In this document: positions 39,280-51,761 of the stretch, piece after piece
Position numbering within the stretch: position 1 is the first letter of the stretch
Layout: each line of letters begins with the position of its first letter
DNA from: Negaprion brevirostris
Lineage: Eukaryota
Direction of reading: 5' to 3'
DNA length: 64,000 nucleotides
Assembly (NCBI GenBank): GCA_030324005.1
Contig: JARDVH010000150.1
Span: 22,115,413 to 22,179,412 of the forward strand
The notes under the pieces: model-generated
Seen by the model: the letters and a program-made list of their open reading frames with translations, nothing else
What the model was told of the DNA's origin: nothing
Databases searched by the model: none
Program-made: the position numbers and the translations under genes

Positions 39280-40950
39280 TTACCATGTTTTCTGCTCCTT
39301 AGGCAAAGCTGTTATTACATCACGTTTATTCTGGTGCAAGGACAAAGGTCCATGTCTTTTTTTCCTCCAGGACGAATGATTCTTCAAGTTTCTTTCCCTC
39401 ACCCAATCTACCCTCAACTCCAACACCAAGGAGATCATGAGTTTCTTTGTTTCTAAGATTGAGACCACTTGTTTTGCCTTTTCTGTTAATTTCTCCTCTT
39501 CCCAATTCTTGCTGCCCCATTAACCTGTAATGAGTTCCCTGTCATTCTGCATTTTTTTTTCTCAACTGTCCTCTTTCTGTTCAAGTCCATCTATTCTCTA
39601 AGATTCATCTTTTGCTTTGTCACTCGCTTCTCCACCTAATTCTAAATTGCTCATTTATCCTTCCTAACTGCTACACATGATAATATTCTTAATGATTCCT
39701 TTGTTTAGTCATTATTACTTTTCCTTTAAAACTCACCATCATCATCCTTTTATTTAAAAGAAACTAACTCAATCTGTTGGTTCCCTTCAAATATAATCAT
39801 ATTTCTAACTTTTCCATCTTGTTTAAAGACCTTGAACGTGTCACAGTGTTGCCCGCAGCACAAAAAGACCACCTGGCCAAAGTAACATCTCTGTGGTTGC
39901 AACCACAGTGCATTATCCCTCTGTTCTCCTCAACGTTTCTATGTGTCAATGTGGGTCAACTGTGCCATCACTCTGGCATCATTTCCCTGACTTTGCATTG
40001 CTCAACTCCTGCCTGTGCCAATGAAACAGGGCATCTATAGCTATGGCATCTCTTCTCACCATGTTGTGTTGGCTTCAGAGTTCCCCAAGAATTTATCTTT
40101 GATTCTTGCAATATTCTACCCCTCAATGATTTATCTTGTGGTCAACTTCTAAATGTAAGTTGGCAACCACCCCCACCCGCCACCCCCCAACCCCCAACCC
40201 CCAACCTTGTATCCTTACCACTTTTATACACCCTACAATTCTGTCAAACTGCCTGTCTGATATATCGCAGATCAGTCAACATTTTCTTCAACTCTATGCT
40301 GGAAGCAATAATTTAGGTCCTAATCATAAACTGCGCTCTCTTGCTGACTCCAACCTTCTGATAGGGTATTCACTAAAGATAAATAACACCTTGTGAGACC
40401 TTGACATCTTGATTGTACCAGAACTAAGTTTCAAGTCCTCATCACCATGACTATGTACACCTTCATATCACTAGTTCTGCCCCTGTCAGACCACTACCAA
40501 AACAGTTACTCATGGTATTGTCATCTCTAAGACTGATTTTTCAAACTTTTTTTGCCAATTTCCTATCCCATTCTCCCCCTCCCCATAAACTCAAATTTGT
40601 TCAAAATTCAGCTGCATAGATTTCTCACTAATCAGTCATCCTCATCCTCAATGAATTATACTTGCTCCCCATTGCAATGTAAACTGCTCTCTCACTCTAA
40701 TTCACTCGTTGACTTCCCCCATGTAACTTTGAACTTCCAGCCTTATGTTCCCTCCTGTTTAGTCCTTCAACCTTGCTGAACTCTTGACCCACTGCACTCA
40801 GTCACTATTACCCTTTCTCTAACTTCCTTTACTTGCAATCTTAATCCCAGAAATTCTTTTCTTAATCAATTCTACATTTTTACTTCTTACCTCTTGGAAA
40901 TGTTTTATAAAATACTCCTTATTAAGCAAGATTTCAGTCTCCCCTCCTGA
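39280..40950 (+). mobile_element. Very decayed L2-like LINE
   Basis: Pyrimidine-rich sense strand with remnants such as CAGAGTTCCCCAAGAATTTATC (GVPQGS-like) and GAGACCTTGACATCTTGATTGTACCAGAACTAAGTTTC (LGV.FD.ELSF-like). Confidence 0.4.
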
Positions 40951-41145
40951 CCTTCTCAGTAAATGTTTTTCTACATAAAGACATTTTGTAAACTACAACT
41001 TGCATTAATAAAAGCATAACCAATTTAGTAAAAGTAAAACCAGACATTAATATTAATATAACAATGCCAAGAAAGCCTAACTACTTAGAAGAACCCACTC
41101 CAGAGCAATCCTTAAACTGCTCTGTAAAATTCGACCCTATCACTC

Positions 41146-41330
41146 TGTATCATGGACACTGGACTTCACATATTTAATCCTGAACCAACAATTTACATTG
41201 TTGTAACTGAGAAGTTTAAGGTTTAAAACTTTAAAGTTTATAACTTAAACTTCTCAGTTACAATACTGTAATTGTATCATGGACACTGTCCACATATACT
41301 TCATCTTGATCCAACAATTTACAGTGTTGT
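41146..41330. repeat. Direct duplication enclosing a near-perfect palindrome
   Basis: TGTATCATGGACACTG...CCAACAATTTACA.TGTTGT at 41146 and 41273; perfect 20-bp arms 41201-41220 and 41244-41263. Confidence 0.9.
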
Positions 41331-43636
41331 GACAGAATGAGTGCAATAAAAAATAAACACTCACTGATTAGACTAAATGTAAAATGTCACTCTTCCTAAA
41401 ACAAACATATTAATGAAACATTGTCACTTCATAAGACTTTTTATTGGATGCTAAGCAAAGCTTTCTTTTTTGTTTCAAAACAAATAAGATGGGTCAAGAT
41501 TCAGTTTGCAGTATGCAGAGATTGCACAAGATAGACACATTAAATATCCAATTTACCAGTACATAAATCTAAGAACGGTGCTACACACTGTGACAATACT
41601 GTGTCACACTGTCATGTTTCTTGTGCAGGACCTGTTTTAGCAATCAGTCCTGTTAACCAGCTTGAGCCAATTCTTTCATGCTAACTTAGTCTAAGTGTGA
41701 TTTATGTCTGTGGGGTTATTGCTTACATTGGAACTACAGAGATAGTTAGCTGTTAAGAATTATGTCTTGTCATGTTTAAGTACTTCAATTGATAAAAGTT
41801 ATGCTAATTCTTTTCATTATAGTTTAACTGTATTGTTAAATAAAATTTGTTTTAACAAAAGCGTCTTAGCGGATCAATCAAATCATACTGGGGACGAAAC
41901 ATCTTATCTCACACTAATGCCAAAATCAAAAAAGTTAGGGTCCAGGCTAACTTGACAATATGTTTGAACAAACACTGAAAATGCAGACTGATATTACAGA
42001 TGTTGCCTTTGACACCAATGATGGCATATTCAGAGTATTAACAAAGACAGGAGGAAATAGATGTATATTTTCATCCTGAGGATTTTGAAAGCAACACTAA
42101 GGATATNNNNNNATAATTAGTAGAAATATCTCGCAGAAGTTGTAAATCTAAGTAAATTAGAGTCAAGTGAAGTAGAGTAAAGCAAATGAATGTAAATTCA
42201 TTGTGAAAATGTTTTTTATCAAATAATATGAATATAATAATTTATGAGTTCAGATATATTTCATTTTAAGTAAGGTAATTAAGTGAATTGTTGAATGAGA
42301 AATCTGTTGGATAGAAGAAACATGTCTAACAAATTACTTCATAGGAACGTATTTTGTGGTCTGATTTTCAGTTTTTAAAACCTATCTTATTTAATCCAAA
42401 TATGTGTGGGGCAAATATCTCAGCTTATTACTTCATAAAAACAGTTTATTTGTCTTCTTTTAATCTCATTTTTAACTTTTATCCTTTCATTTTCAGACAG
42501 AGGATGGGTAGCCCAGTTTGTAGTTTCAATAAATAGGATTCAGCCCACAGTGATTCCTGCAATACGCATAATATATTGACCGACTAACTGAAGTTTTGAG
42601 CCTGTCAGGCAGATTACCCTGGCAGTTACAGAAAATTTTCCAAAAAATGTTTAAGCGGAACTCTCGGAATGAACTGGGAACAAGGGTAATACTGTAGCTG
42701 TCTGGCTAATGGGACATTATGCCTACATAGAATTATTTAGAAATTACAACACTAAAACTGGCATTAGTCCCAGTTAGTTCACTCTATCTATATAGCAGAA
42801 GTCAGCAGCTTTAGCAAGAAAGAATTTAAGTTTTAAATTATTTAATGTTGTCAAAAAGATAGTAGCAAACTTGTCAACTTTGGATAATGTTGCTATTGGC
42901 AACTGCTATTCGTATAATTACTCAAGTCATCAACATCAACGGTAGCATTATAATGACATTTTGCTCTGAATGTTATGCCTCGATAAGAAATTGTACATAA
43001 TTGCTCCAATTGTACAATATATAAAGTGCTTTAAATTGATAGAAGTCTTCTCTGATTATTGGATGCAGTTCTTTGAACTTGTGCAAATTTCACTTTAATC
43101 TGGTGAGAATCACAATATTGCCAATTTATCATTAGCAAATCACAGTGAAATAAATTCACAGGGATGTTGCAGAAAGAACACCCTGTTCCATACATGCCAC
43201 TCATCCCTTTTTTCATTTAAGATATCAGCATATTTAGGTCAATTTCAACATTCATGGATGAAAATCACTACCATCCCATTTCAAACTTGACACTTCTATG
43301 GGCAGAAACGTTTGAGATGATTCAGCAAGATTGGGAATTCTCTCCCATAGCAGACTTCCATCTGCTGGAGCAGAAACTGAGGTGACAGTAAAGGGTAAAG
43401 GGATCAGAGTACCAGCATGAACTGGGCAGAAAGGGAGAAAAGAATCAGCACAAACTAAGCAGAAGACAGAACAAGCTTGAACTGGGGAAGGAGAGCAACA
43501 CCAGGTTGACTTAGAATGGCAGTATGAATTCAGGAAGGTGAGACATGAAGAATGTCTCAATAGGGGAAAAGGGGAAATAATGCCATTGTGTCACTATGAT
43601 ACACAGGGAAGCAGTTTAAAAAAAAAATGACAGGTT

Positions 43637-44143
43637 AGAACAAAGAACAATACAGCACAGGAAACAGGCCCTTCGGCCCTCCAAGCCTGCGCTGCTCATT
43701 GGTCCAATTAGACCATTCATTTGTATCCCTCCATTCCCAGTCTGTTCATGTGGCTATCCAGATAAGTCTTAATCGATCCCAGCGTGCCCGCCTCCACCAC
43801 CCTGCATGGCAGTGCATTCCAGTTCCCCACCACCCTCTGTGTAAAATACATCCCTCTGATACCTGAGGTAAACCTTGCCCCCTTCACCTTGAACCTGTGA
43901 CCTCGTGATCGTCACCTCTGACCTGGGAAAAAGCTTCCCACTGTTCACCCTATCTATGCCCTTCATAGTCTTATACACCTCTACTAGGTNNNNNNNNNNN
44001 NNNNNNNNNNNNNNNNNNNNNNNNNNNNNNNNNNNNNNNNNNNNNNNNNNNNNNNNNNNNNNNNNNNNNNNNNNNNNNNNNNNNNNNNNTTCTCTATCTT
44101 TCCAGGGAGAACAACCCCAGTTTACCCAATCTCTCCTCATAGC
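43637..44143 (-). mobile_element. CR1 LINE 3' end with gap
   Basis: LVEVYKTMKGIDRVNSGKLFP; AGAACAAAGAACAA tail. Confidence 0.9.
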
Positions 44144-44242
44144 GAAAACTATCACACTATCAACTATCAATTATCAACTATCACACACCAATACATATTC
44201 ACAGTAGTCAACAATTTCTTTACAGAAAACTAGGGAACATAA

Positions 44243-44555
44243 TGGCAGCACGGTGGCACAGTGGTTAGCACTGCTGCCTCACAGCACTAGGGACACAGGT
44301 TTAGTTCCACTGACTGTGTAGTTTGCATGTTCTCCAAGTATCTGTGTGGGTTTCCTCCACATGTTCCAGTTTACTTCCACAGTCCAAAGATGTGCATGTT
44401 AGGTGGATTGGCAATGATAAATTGCTCCTTAGTCTCAGGGGGATTATTAGGATAAATACATGGGTTTACAGGGATAAGGCCTAAGTGGGATTGTTGTCAG
44501 TGCAGCTTAATGGGCTGAATGGCCTCCTTCTGCACTGTAGGGATTCTATGATTCT
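44243..44555 (+). mobile_element. HE1-like SINE
   Basis: GGCAGCACGGTGGCACAGTGGTTAGCACTGCTGCCTCACAGC ... TGTAGGGATTCTATGATTCT. Confidence 0.9.
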
Positions 44556-44970
44556 AAGTATATCTTCAGCTTAAATTCAGACAAACGCACACGCCATTGA
44601 ATGTTAAGTGTAATGTACATGTCGCAGACGAATACTCAGCTGTTTTTGAGTTGGTAGCTTTTTGAACCTATTAATTGGCCGAACAAGTGACTCAATCCAG
44701 GGGCAATTAGGGATGGGCAACAAATATTGGCCTTGTCTGCAATGCCCACATCTCATGAAAGAATAAATGAGACAGTTTTTTTGAGACTTTAATCACTTAG
44801 GAGTTTTCCCAAACTGTAAATTTGGAAGATAGAAATTCTGTCCTAGTTTTCAGTGTAAATATAGGTAATTTGTTACAATTAGCATAATTGTGGTTAACTT
44901 AATAATAGTGTACATATGATTGGCTAGAAAATGTGGAAAGTCATTCATTTCATGTTACATAGTGGTTAAG

Positions 44971-45297
44971 GGTGGCATGGTGGCACAATAGTTCGCACTT
45001 CTGCCTCATAATGTCAGAGACTTGGGTTCAATTCCTGGAGTTTGCACATTCTGCGAGGGTTTCCTGTGGGTGCTCTAATTTCCTTTCACAGTCTAAAGAT
45101 ATGCAGTTTAGGTAGGTTGGCCTTGCTAAATTGCCCTTTCATGGCCAAAGATGTATAGGTTCGATGGGTTAGCCACAGTAAATGCACAGGGCTGCAGGGA
45201 TAGGATTGAGGAAAGGACCTGGGTAAGATACTCTGTCAGAGTTGGTGCAGACCCAATGAGCTGAATGGCCTCCTTCTGCATTGTAGGTATTCTATGA
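44971..45297 (+). mobile_element. HE1-like SINE
   Basis: Same head, body and tail as 44243-44555, more diverged. Confidence 0.85.
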
Positions 45298-46224
45298 AAA
45301 TAAATATAAAAAGCATAAAGGTGACAACTGGTGAAGAAAGAACAAGAGCCAACAAGGTCTGCACACTTTCCAGAAGATTGAACATTATTGTTTTTTCATT
45401 TTTCCTGTAATTATTGTTTAAATCTGAAGTACATTATATTTTGTAGCACTTGATTCAATAAGTTAAATTGCCATACACATATCAGTTGTGATCTTCCTCT
45501 AATTTTCTTACACTAGGTTGTGATTGTTCTCTTCAATTGAGCACTTGAAACTAAGTTCCTTCAAGAAAACATTTTGAAAAATGGTTTGGAACATTGTCCA
45601 TTATTTTATATCTGCTAATACCCATTCTTGCGTCTGATGTTGAGTTCTCTCTCTAGTATAATAAATAACATATGAAATATTGAGCTTTAGATTCACATGT
45701 ACAAGTCTTTGTATCTTTTAATTCTACAAGCCAGCATGTATAACTTGACACAAACAGGTTGTTACTAACAATCACAAATGCTATAAGCAAGGGACATTGA
45801 CTGAAGTTTTGAAAACAAAGGGGAAAGGAAAACTGCAGGAAAATTACTTATGGCCTACTTTCACAATTATCCTGCAACTATTTTCAGTGTGGCCTTCTTC
45901 CCATCTACTTTTTAAATTTCTGATTAAACCAAGGAGTAAATTTCTGAAAAAGGCACCATAATCCCAAGTGTAAAGTGTATATTTATCATTCCCTCATAAA
46001 AATTATGAATTCATATTTATGTGTAGTCATTATCTAGTGCTGAAGACAATTATTACATTGGTGGCACTTTCAAAACTTTGTTGTTTAAAATGATCTACTA
46101 GCCATTCAGTTGTATGCTTTGACTGTTGCAAAACTGACTTCTTTCCCCACTGCTTATTAGCAATGTAAATAAAGAATGGGAAAAAAAATCAGTGGCAAGC
46201 AGGGAATCAAATTTGTGGCATGTG

Positions 46225-46537
46225 ATAAAGAACTTGAAAGACTTGCTTTTCACAATCACCAGGCATCTCAAAATGTTTTGCAGCTAATGAAGTATTGTTG
46301 AAGTATAGTCACTGTTGTAACGTAGGAAATGTGCAGCCAACAGTGCACTGCAAGCTCCAACAAACAGCAATGTGATAAAGACCAGATAATCTGTTTTTGT
46401 GATGTTGATTGAGGGATAAATATTGAACAAGGTACCCAAGATAACTCCCCTGCTCTTCAAAATACTGTTGTTGGACCTTTTATATCCATAAGAGAGTAAA
46501 AAGGGGGCTTGGTTTATTATCTTATCCAAAAGACAGG
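46225..46537 (-). mobile_element. Deu-domain SINE (SacSINE1/AmnSINE1-related)
   Basis: Minus strand reads ...AATATTTATCCCTCAATCAACATCACAAAAACAGATTATCTGGTC...TTGCTGTTTGTTGGAGCTTGC...; tail fragments also near 16480-16640, 38180-38290 and 52580-52645. Confidence 0.7.
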
Positions 46538-46789
46538 ATGGAGAATATTGGTGCTACAACACAGATGCCAAGATTTGAGTTTAACACAGGCCTGTTAATT
46601 AAAAATCCTAATTTCATTACCACTTATTTCCATTTAAGGGCCCAAATATTGTCAGCACCTAGAGATTTACAGCATGGAACCAGACTTTTCAGCTCAACTT
46701 ATCCATGCTGCCCAGTTTTTAACCATTAAGCTGGTCCCAATTGCTCACGTTTGGCCCATATCCTCTATACCAATCTTGATGATCAGTGC

Positions 46790-48125
46790 AGAGTCTTAAC
46801 ATTCAACCATCAAGCTACATATGCCAATGTTGACAAGTGTAGATGCAAGCATGTGCTTCCTATTCTCCAATAGAGTATTTGAATTCAGTTTGCAACACTG
46901 GGTATGACTCACAAGGAATTTGTAATTTGCTTCCTTCAATGTACTCTGAGAATACAATTCAAATCAATTTTCCTGATACATCTGTTGTGACATACATTCA
47001 GCATGTAGGTTGAAATGTGGAAGATGAGAAGCTTCACCATTAACACATGAAATGCTATTTGCTATGCAATTGTTTAATCCCATTGTGCAACAATGCATTG
47101 GACCTTCCGCAGAAGTTCCACAATTTCTGTGTTCTTAGGAAGTAATTTGCAATAGATGTTGGTAGTACCAAGGAATGATAACAACTGTTTTAGGTTAGCT
47201 GTGTGCGCTCTGTCGGGGCCTGCAAGTTTGAAGTCAAGCAGATCTAATATGTTACCTCCATAAGGTTTCTGCCTTTGGCTACTAGAGTGACATTTTGTAG
47301 TGTACTGGAATGTGATCATTCCCCAAACCACAATAATCAATAAGTATGTCTGTCACAGGAGTTAAAGAAAGTTGTAAAAGATAAAAGCGGTGGATGTCAC
47401 TCAATATACTTTCATGCCAACGTAGGTGAGAAGTGATAGAGGTGCCTGTAATCTCAACTGAGCATTCCTTAATATGATATAGTGTTTTGTCTTGGGTAAT
47501 AGTATACATATGCAATATCTTCTCCTCAGGAAGACACTCCTCCATGTGTCAAATTGAAGAAGTCTTCTTTTTCAACTGCTACACCTTTGCAAAATGATTC
47601 AACTTTAAACACAAGCAACACTTTCTTAATCTGGGCACAGAGTTTATGAATTGATGAGTACTTCCATAATTTGAAAGACATCTAACTAAAATGAGATAAG
47701 TGTTGATGAGGTTCCGAGGACTCTTTCCATTACACTTGCACTTGAGTTTGTTGGGCAAGATGCATTTGCAACCAAGTCAGAGGATGCATTTCTGTGTAAC
47801 TCTTCGAACCCAATATGGCAGATTCAATTTAGACTGCCAAGGTCATGAATTTTTCCACGTTCAAACCATCATCTTCCATTAGAAGGCATTCCCTAATTCA
47901 GGGAAGTGCTTTCAATCAATTTACCACAAATCAGTTCATTAGTTAGTATGCCAAATTTATACGTAGAAGTCAATTTCTACCACGTTTTATGGGCTTACCC
48001 CTTCCTGGCATCTCTGGCAAATGTATGTTGTTTTATGATCACGATTTTCTTTGGCCCGAAGTATTTCTGAGAGCACTTACTGCAATATCAAACGTAGAGC
48101 AAATACCACGCAAACACCAAACAAT
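46790..48125 (-). mobile_element. Decayed, internally deleted Ty3/Gypsy LTR retrotransposon (gag, RT-connection and RNase H remnants)
   Basis: IRECLLMEDDGLNVEKFMTLAV*IES (gag), KCCLCLKLNHFAKV (CCHC knuckle lacking the last C, ~47581-47625), QLLSFLGTTNIYCKLLP (RT end), KYSIGE..ACIYTCQHWHM (RNase H). Confidence 0.75.
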
Positions 48126-50670
48126 NNNNNNNNNNNNNNNNNNNNNNNNNNNNNNNNNNNNNNNNNNNNNNNNNNNNNNNNNNNNNNNNNNNNNNNNNNN
48201 NNNNNNNNNNNNNNNNNNNNNNNNNCATATGGATAACATTGCAATAGTTTAGGTTAGAAAGTCATTAGATTGGTTCCACTGGTTGGCACAGCATCGAGGG
48301 CCGAAGGGCCTGTACTGCACTGTAATGTTCTATGTTTTATGCACAGCAAGATGAATCCTACTGTCCTGCAGATATCATTCATATACAAAATAACTTGGGA
48401 GATGTGATACTAATGAAGGCTGCATTCAGTTCTCCTTCTCTACTTATGCAGTCCCTTGGGATAAAAGATGACTCCACTTTGATTAGATTTATCAATTAGC
48501 CATCTCAGAATCAAGGCACAATCTGCAGTGTCTGGCACTTGAGGCAGGTAGTGCTTGGAGGCTTAGGTAGATAAGTTGTTTGGAGTTTTGTGCACATTTC
48601 CCACCACCTCAACTTCACCTCTGCATGTTCGCAATGAAGCCTCTTGATGCATTCAGTACATTCTGGCTGAATCTTCTCCATTTCAGTTGGTCACAAGCCA
48701 GGAATTCTTGACCTCTTGTTGAAAACAAACCCCCATTCTTTAATCACCTCATAATTGGCAATATTATTAAATTTGGTTCACAACATAAGAACATGAGACA
48801 GGAGCAGGAATAGGTCATATGGCTCCATAAGCCTGTTTTGCCATTTGAAAATATCATGGCTGATATTATGTTTAACAAGTTGATCTGTTCAGTCCAAATG
48901 GAGATTATGCTCCCATAATTGTATTATTATTCTTGATTCTCAAACTACAACTCAGCACTGGGTCATCTTCAAAAGTCAATTCCTGTTAGACAAGTCTTTG
49001 TTCAAAACACATCCATCAATTTTCCATTATTTACTTCCATTGCATTAATTTAACACTTTTGTTTTGTCAACTGATTTGTGCTGCATTCTCCAACTGTAAT
49101 GCTTAAATTATTTTTGTTTAGATTCTGATGTCTGCTTGAGCAAGGGCACCACTGCACTGAAACAAAGACTCAAGGTTTGATTCCAGTTCTACATTGCAGA
49201 AATTCTACATTCAGCCCAACTGATCTATGCTAATATTCCACACCTTTCTTCCGATCCCAACCCTTATGTACTTTTCTGGCATCATCTTGAATGTACTCTT
49301 GACAATATGGCATAAAAGTTTCATAAGATTTTCCATATTTAAGAATCAGTAGCAAAAGTTACATCTCATCCATAATTCCACTCCCTTCAGAGCCTCCATT
49401 CTATCCTCTATAGAACATAGAACATTACAGCGCAGAACAGGCCCTTCGGCCCACGATGTTGCGCCGACCAGCTTTGTAAAAAAAAACACTGACCCACTAA
49501 TCTAAACCAATCCCTTTTCATCCATAAACCTATCCACAGATCTCTTAAATGCCCCCAAACTAGGCGCATTTACAACTGGCTTTGATCTTTCAAAAGAAAT
49601 GTGGCAACTTTACTCAGATGTTGAGCTGATCTCAGCCAGAGTGGTGGCTGGAGTGCAACAGTTGGTAGGAATGTTCCTAGATTAGGAAGGACAAAATAAA
49701 CAAAAGGATTACAGATGCTCTGAATCTGTCTGCACAGGAGCAAAACTTTATGCATCCTAGGAGCCAACACCTTCAAAACAGAAATGGGAGGGCTGATGAA
49801 AGGGAAGTAGTCACAGGGACATGGACAATTGAGCAGAAAACCTTGAAAAAGTGCTAATGAATTTTTTATTCTCTTTTCTAAGAGATGAAATAAATAGTCA
49901 GAGAAAGCCACTTACGCAACTGTAACATCAAGAATTAATTAACTAAACCATAAAGACATTTTTTAAGCAGATATATTCTTTAAACACATTTAATTGGCCA
50001 TCCTTACTAACCTACTGCACCAAATGATATCAAGACAGAATTATTTGCTTATTTTAAGCATTTCATTTGTGCTTGTGAGGTTGAACAGGGCTATATTTTA
50101 CCATGATTGAGCAGCAGTGAAAAAAACAGCCAATTATAATCCAGAGACCCATGCCAGCTATGAGTTCTTCCTTGCGTCTAATTAGTATTATTTTGCATTA
50201 CACTACAGTGCCCATAAAAATGATTCTTGCACTAATGTAGAATACTAGCATTTGTCACTGTTACGAAAACCTCTTCAGGTGAAGAGGTGATCAGAAGTTA
50301 TCCGAAAGCACAGTCCAACACTGTTTATGTTACATGAATATAAATGTATCACATGAATGAACAACATAACATGTTGACCTAATTCATAGTTAGCAATGTG
50401 GGACAAGAATAAATGGTGCAACTTCAAAAATAAAGTGGAGAAAGAAAAAAGATCCTCTAGTTTATTACAAAGAGGTCTTTATAGTTACCCCAGCGTCAGT
50501 GGTGATTTGCCTTCCTTAGGTGTCACGTGAACTGTGAACAATTTTGCACATTTGGTTCAGAGCAATCACTTCCAAACAAGTATGAAAAAAAGTAATCATT
50601 TTAAAAATAAAAAAAGAGAACAGATGCAACTTGAGAAATTTTTTCTTTTTAGATACAACTTGAGAATGTT

Positions 50671-50708
50671 TTTATTCGAGCACACTGATTTTATCATACA
50701 ATTTTATT
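50671..50708 (-). terminator. HMG20B: Candidate HMG20B polyadenylation signals (AATAAA at 50708-50703 and 50676-50671)
   Basis: Two AATAAA hexamers ~1.05 kb after the stop codon, followed by a U-rich tract; another at 50466-50461. Confidence 0.4.
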
Positions 50709-51748
50709 GGGGGAGATATAGAAACAGCAGTAGCCAATGTGGCTTCACTAGCAGATGGATCTATCACAAATTCCAACCACCAGCAAGTCTATTGGACATA
50801 AAATAGTTCTATTCACCTTCCATTATGAATCTATTCTAAATGTTCTAGTTTCACCTTAAAAATAATATACAGAATTAGACATCTTTTTTAATGCATGCAG
50901 ATTCTAATTAGTGCAGAACAAAATTAAATCAACAATTTGCAGCCTATGCAGGTAGATAACATCTAAAAAGAACTGCAGCATTTTTGTACCAAACGTAAAA
51001 AGAAAGTCTACAGTAAATTGTTTGCACGAGAAAAACTAGCATGTTCCCCATGGCCTGTACCATACATATCCCCTCCTTACTAAATTTCTGTGGAATGTAA
51101 TTAATTGGTAAAAAAGTTGTAGATTTTCTAATTTCTCATTAGATCTCAGATCCCAAAGAAACTCACAACGAAATCANNNNNNNNNNTGCTGCCAACTTGT
51201 TTTTGTCTAGCAATCTTTGCACTGGAAAGTAATGCATTTTGTAGAAAATAGTGTCTGAAAACATTAAAAAAGATAAACTGAGACAGTAAGATCTACTGCA
51301 TCATGTATAAATGAAATGCTCATGCATTTGGTTGTACAAAATACCAGAAACTATTCAGTAAGAATCAGAAAAAATAATTCATATATATATATAATATAAT
51401 CTAAATCCCTTAGCTATGAAAGCCCAAGGTCTATCTTTGCACATAATTCAATTTATGTATTCTAGTTTACCATACATTAAAGGTATTCAAACATTATAAA
51501 CATGCATATAAGACAGAGCAATATCTTTCAAATCACAGGCATCCTAGTAGATCATAGGATTATCAAAACCAGTGCACCAAATATGTGCAATTGTCACAAG
51601 GAGACTAAAAAGTTAATATTTTGCATAATTTCCCAAGTTTGTGGTGGAAATTAGCAATTTTTAAAATCCAAGTTCCACACGTTGCAGCCCATCTCCGATT
51701 CAAAATCATGGATATGGTCAGTGTTTTTATGCATATTTCTTCCCATGT

Positions 51749-51761
51749 TCATAGCTTTTCA
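51749..51761 (-). CDS. HMG20B: HMG20B last coding exon: (S)EKL*
   Basis: tttttctttcag|T GAA AAG CTA TGA; completes the AG|T codon from the previous exon; corresponds to the human C-terminus SEHL*. Confidence 0.85.

Noticed and set aside
44243-44310. tRNA gene (A and B boxes; same at other SINE heads)
   Set aside because: tRNA-derived SINE heads continuing into SINE body and tail; no cloverleaf.
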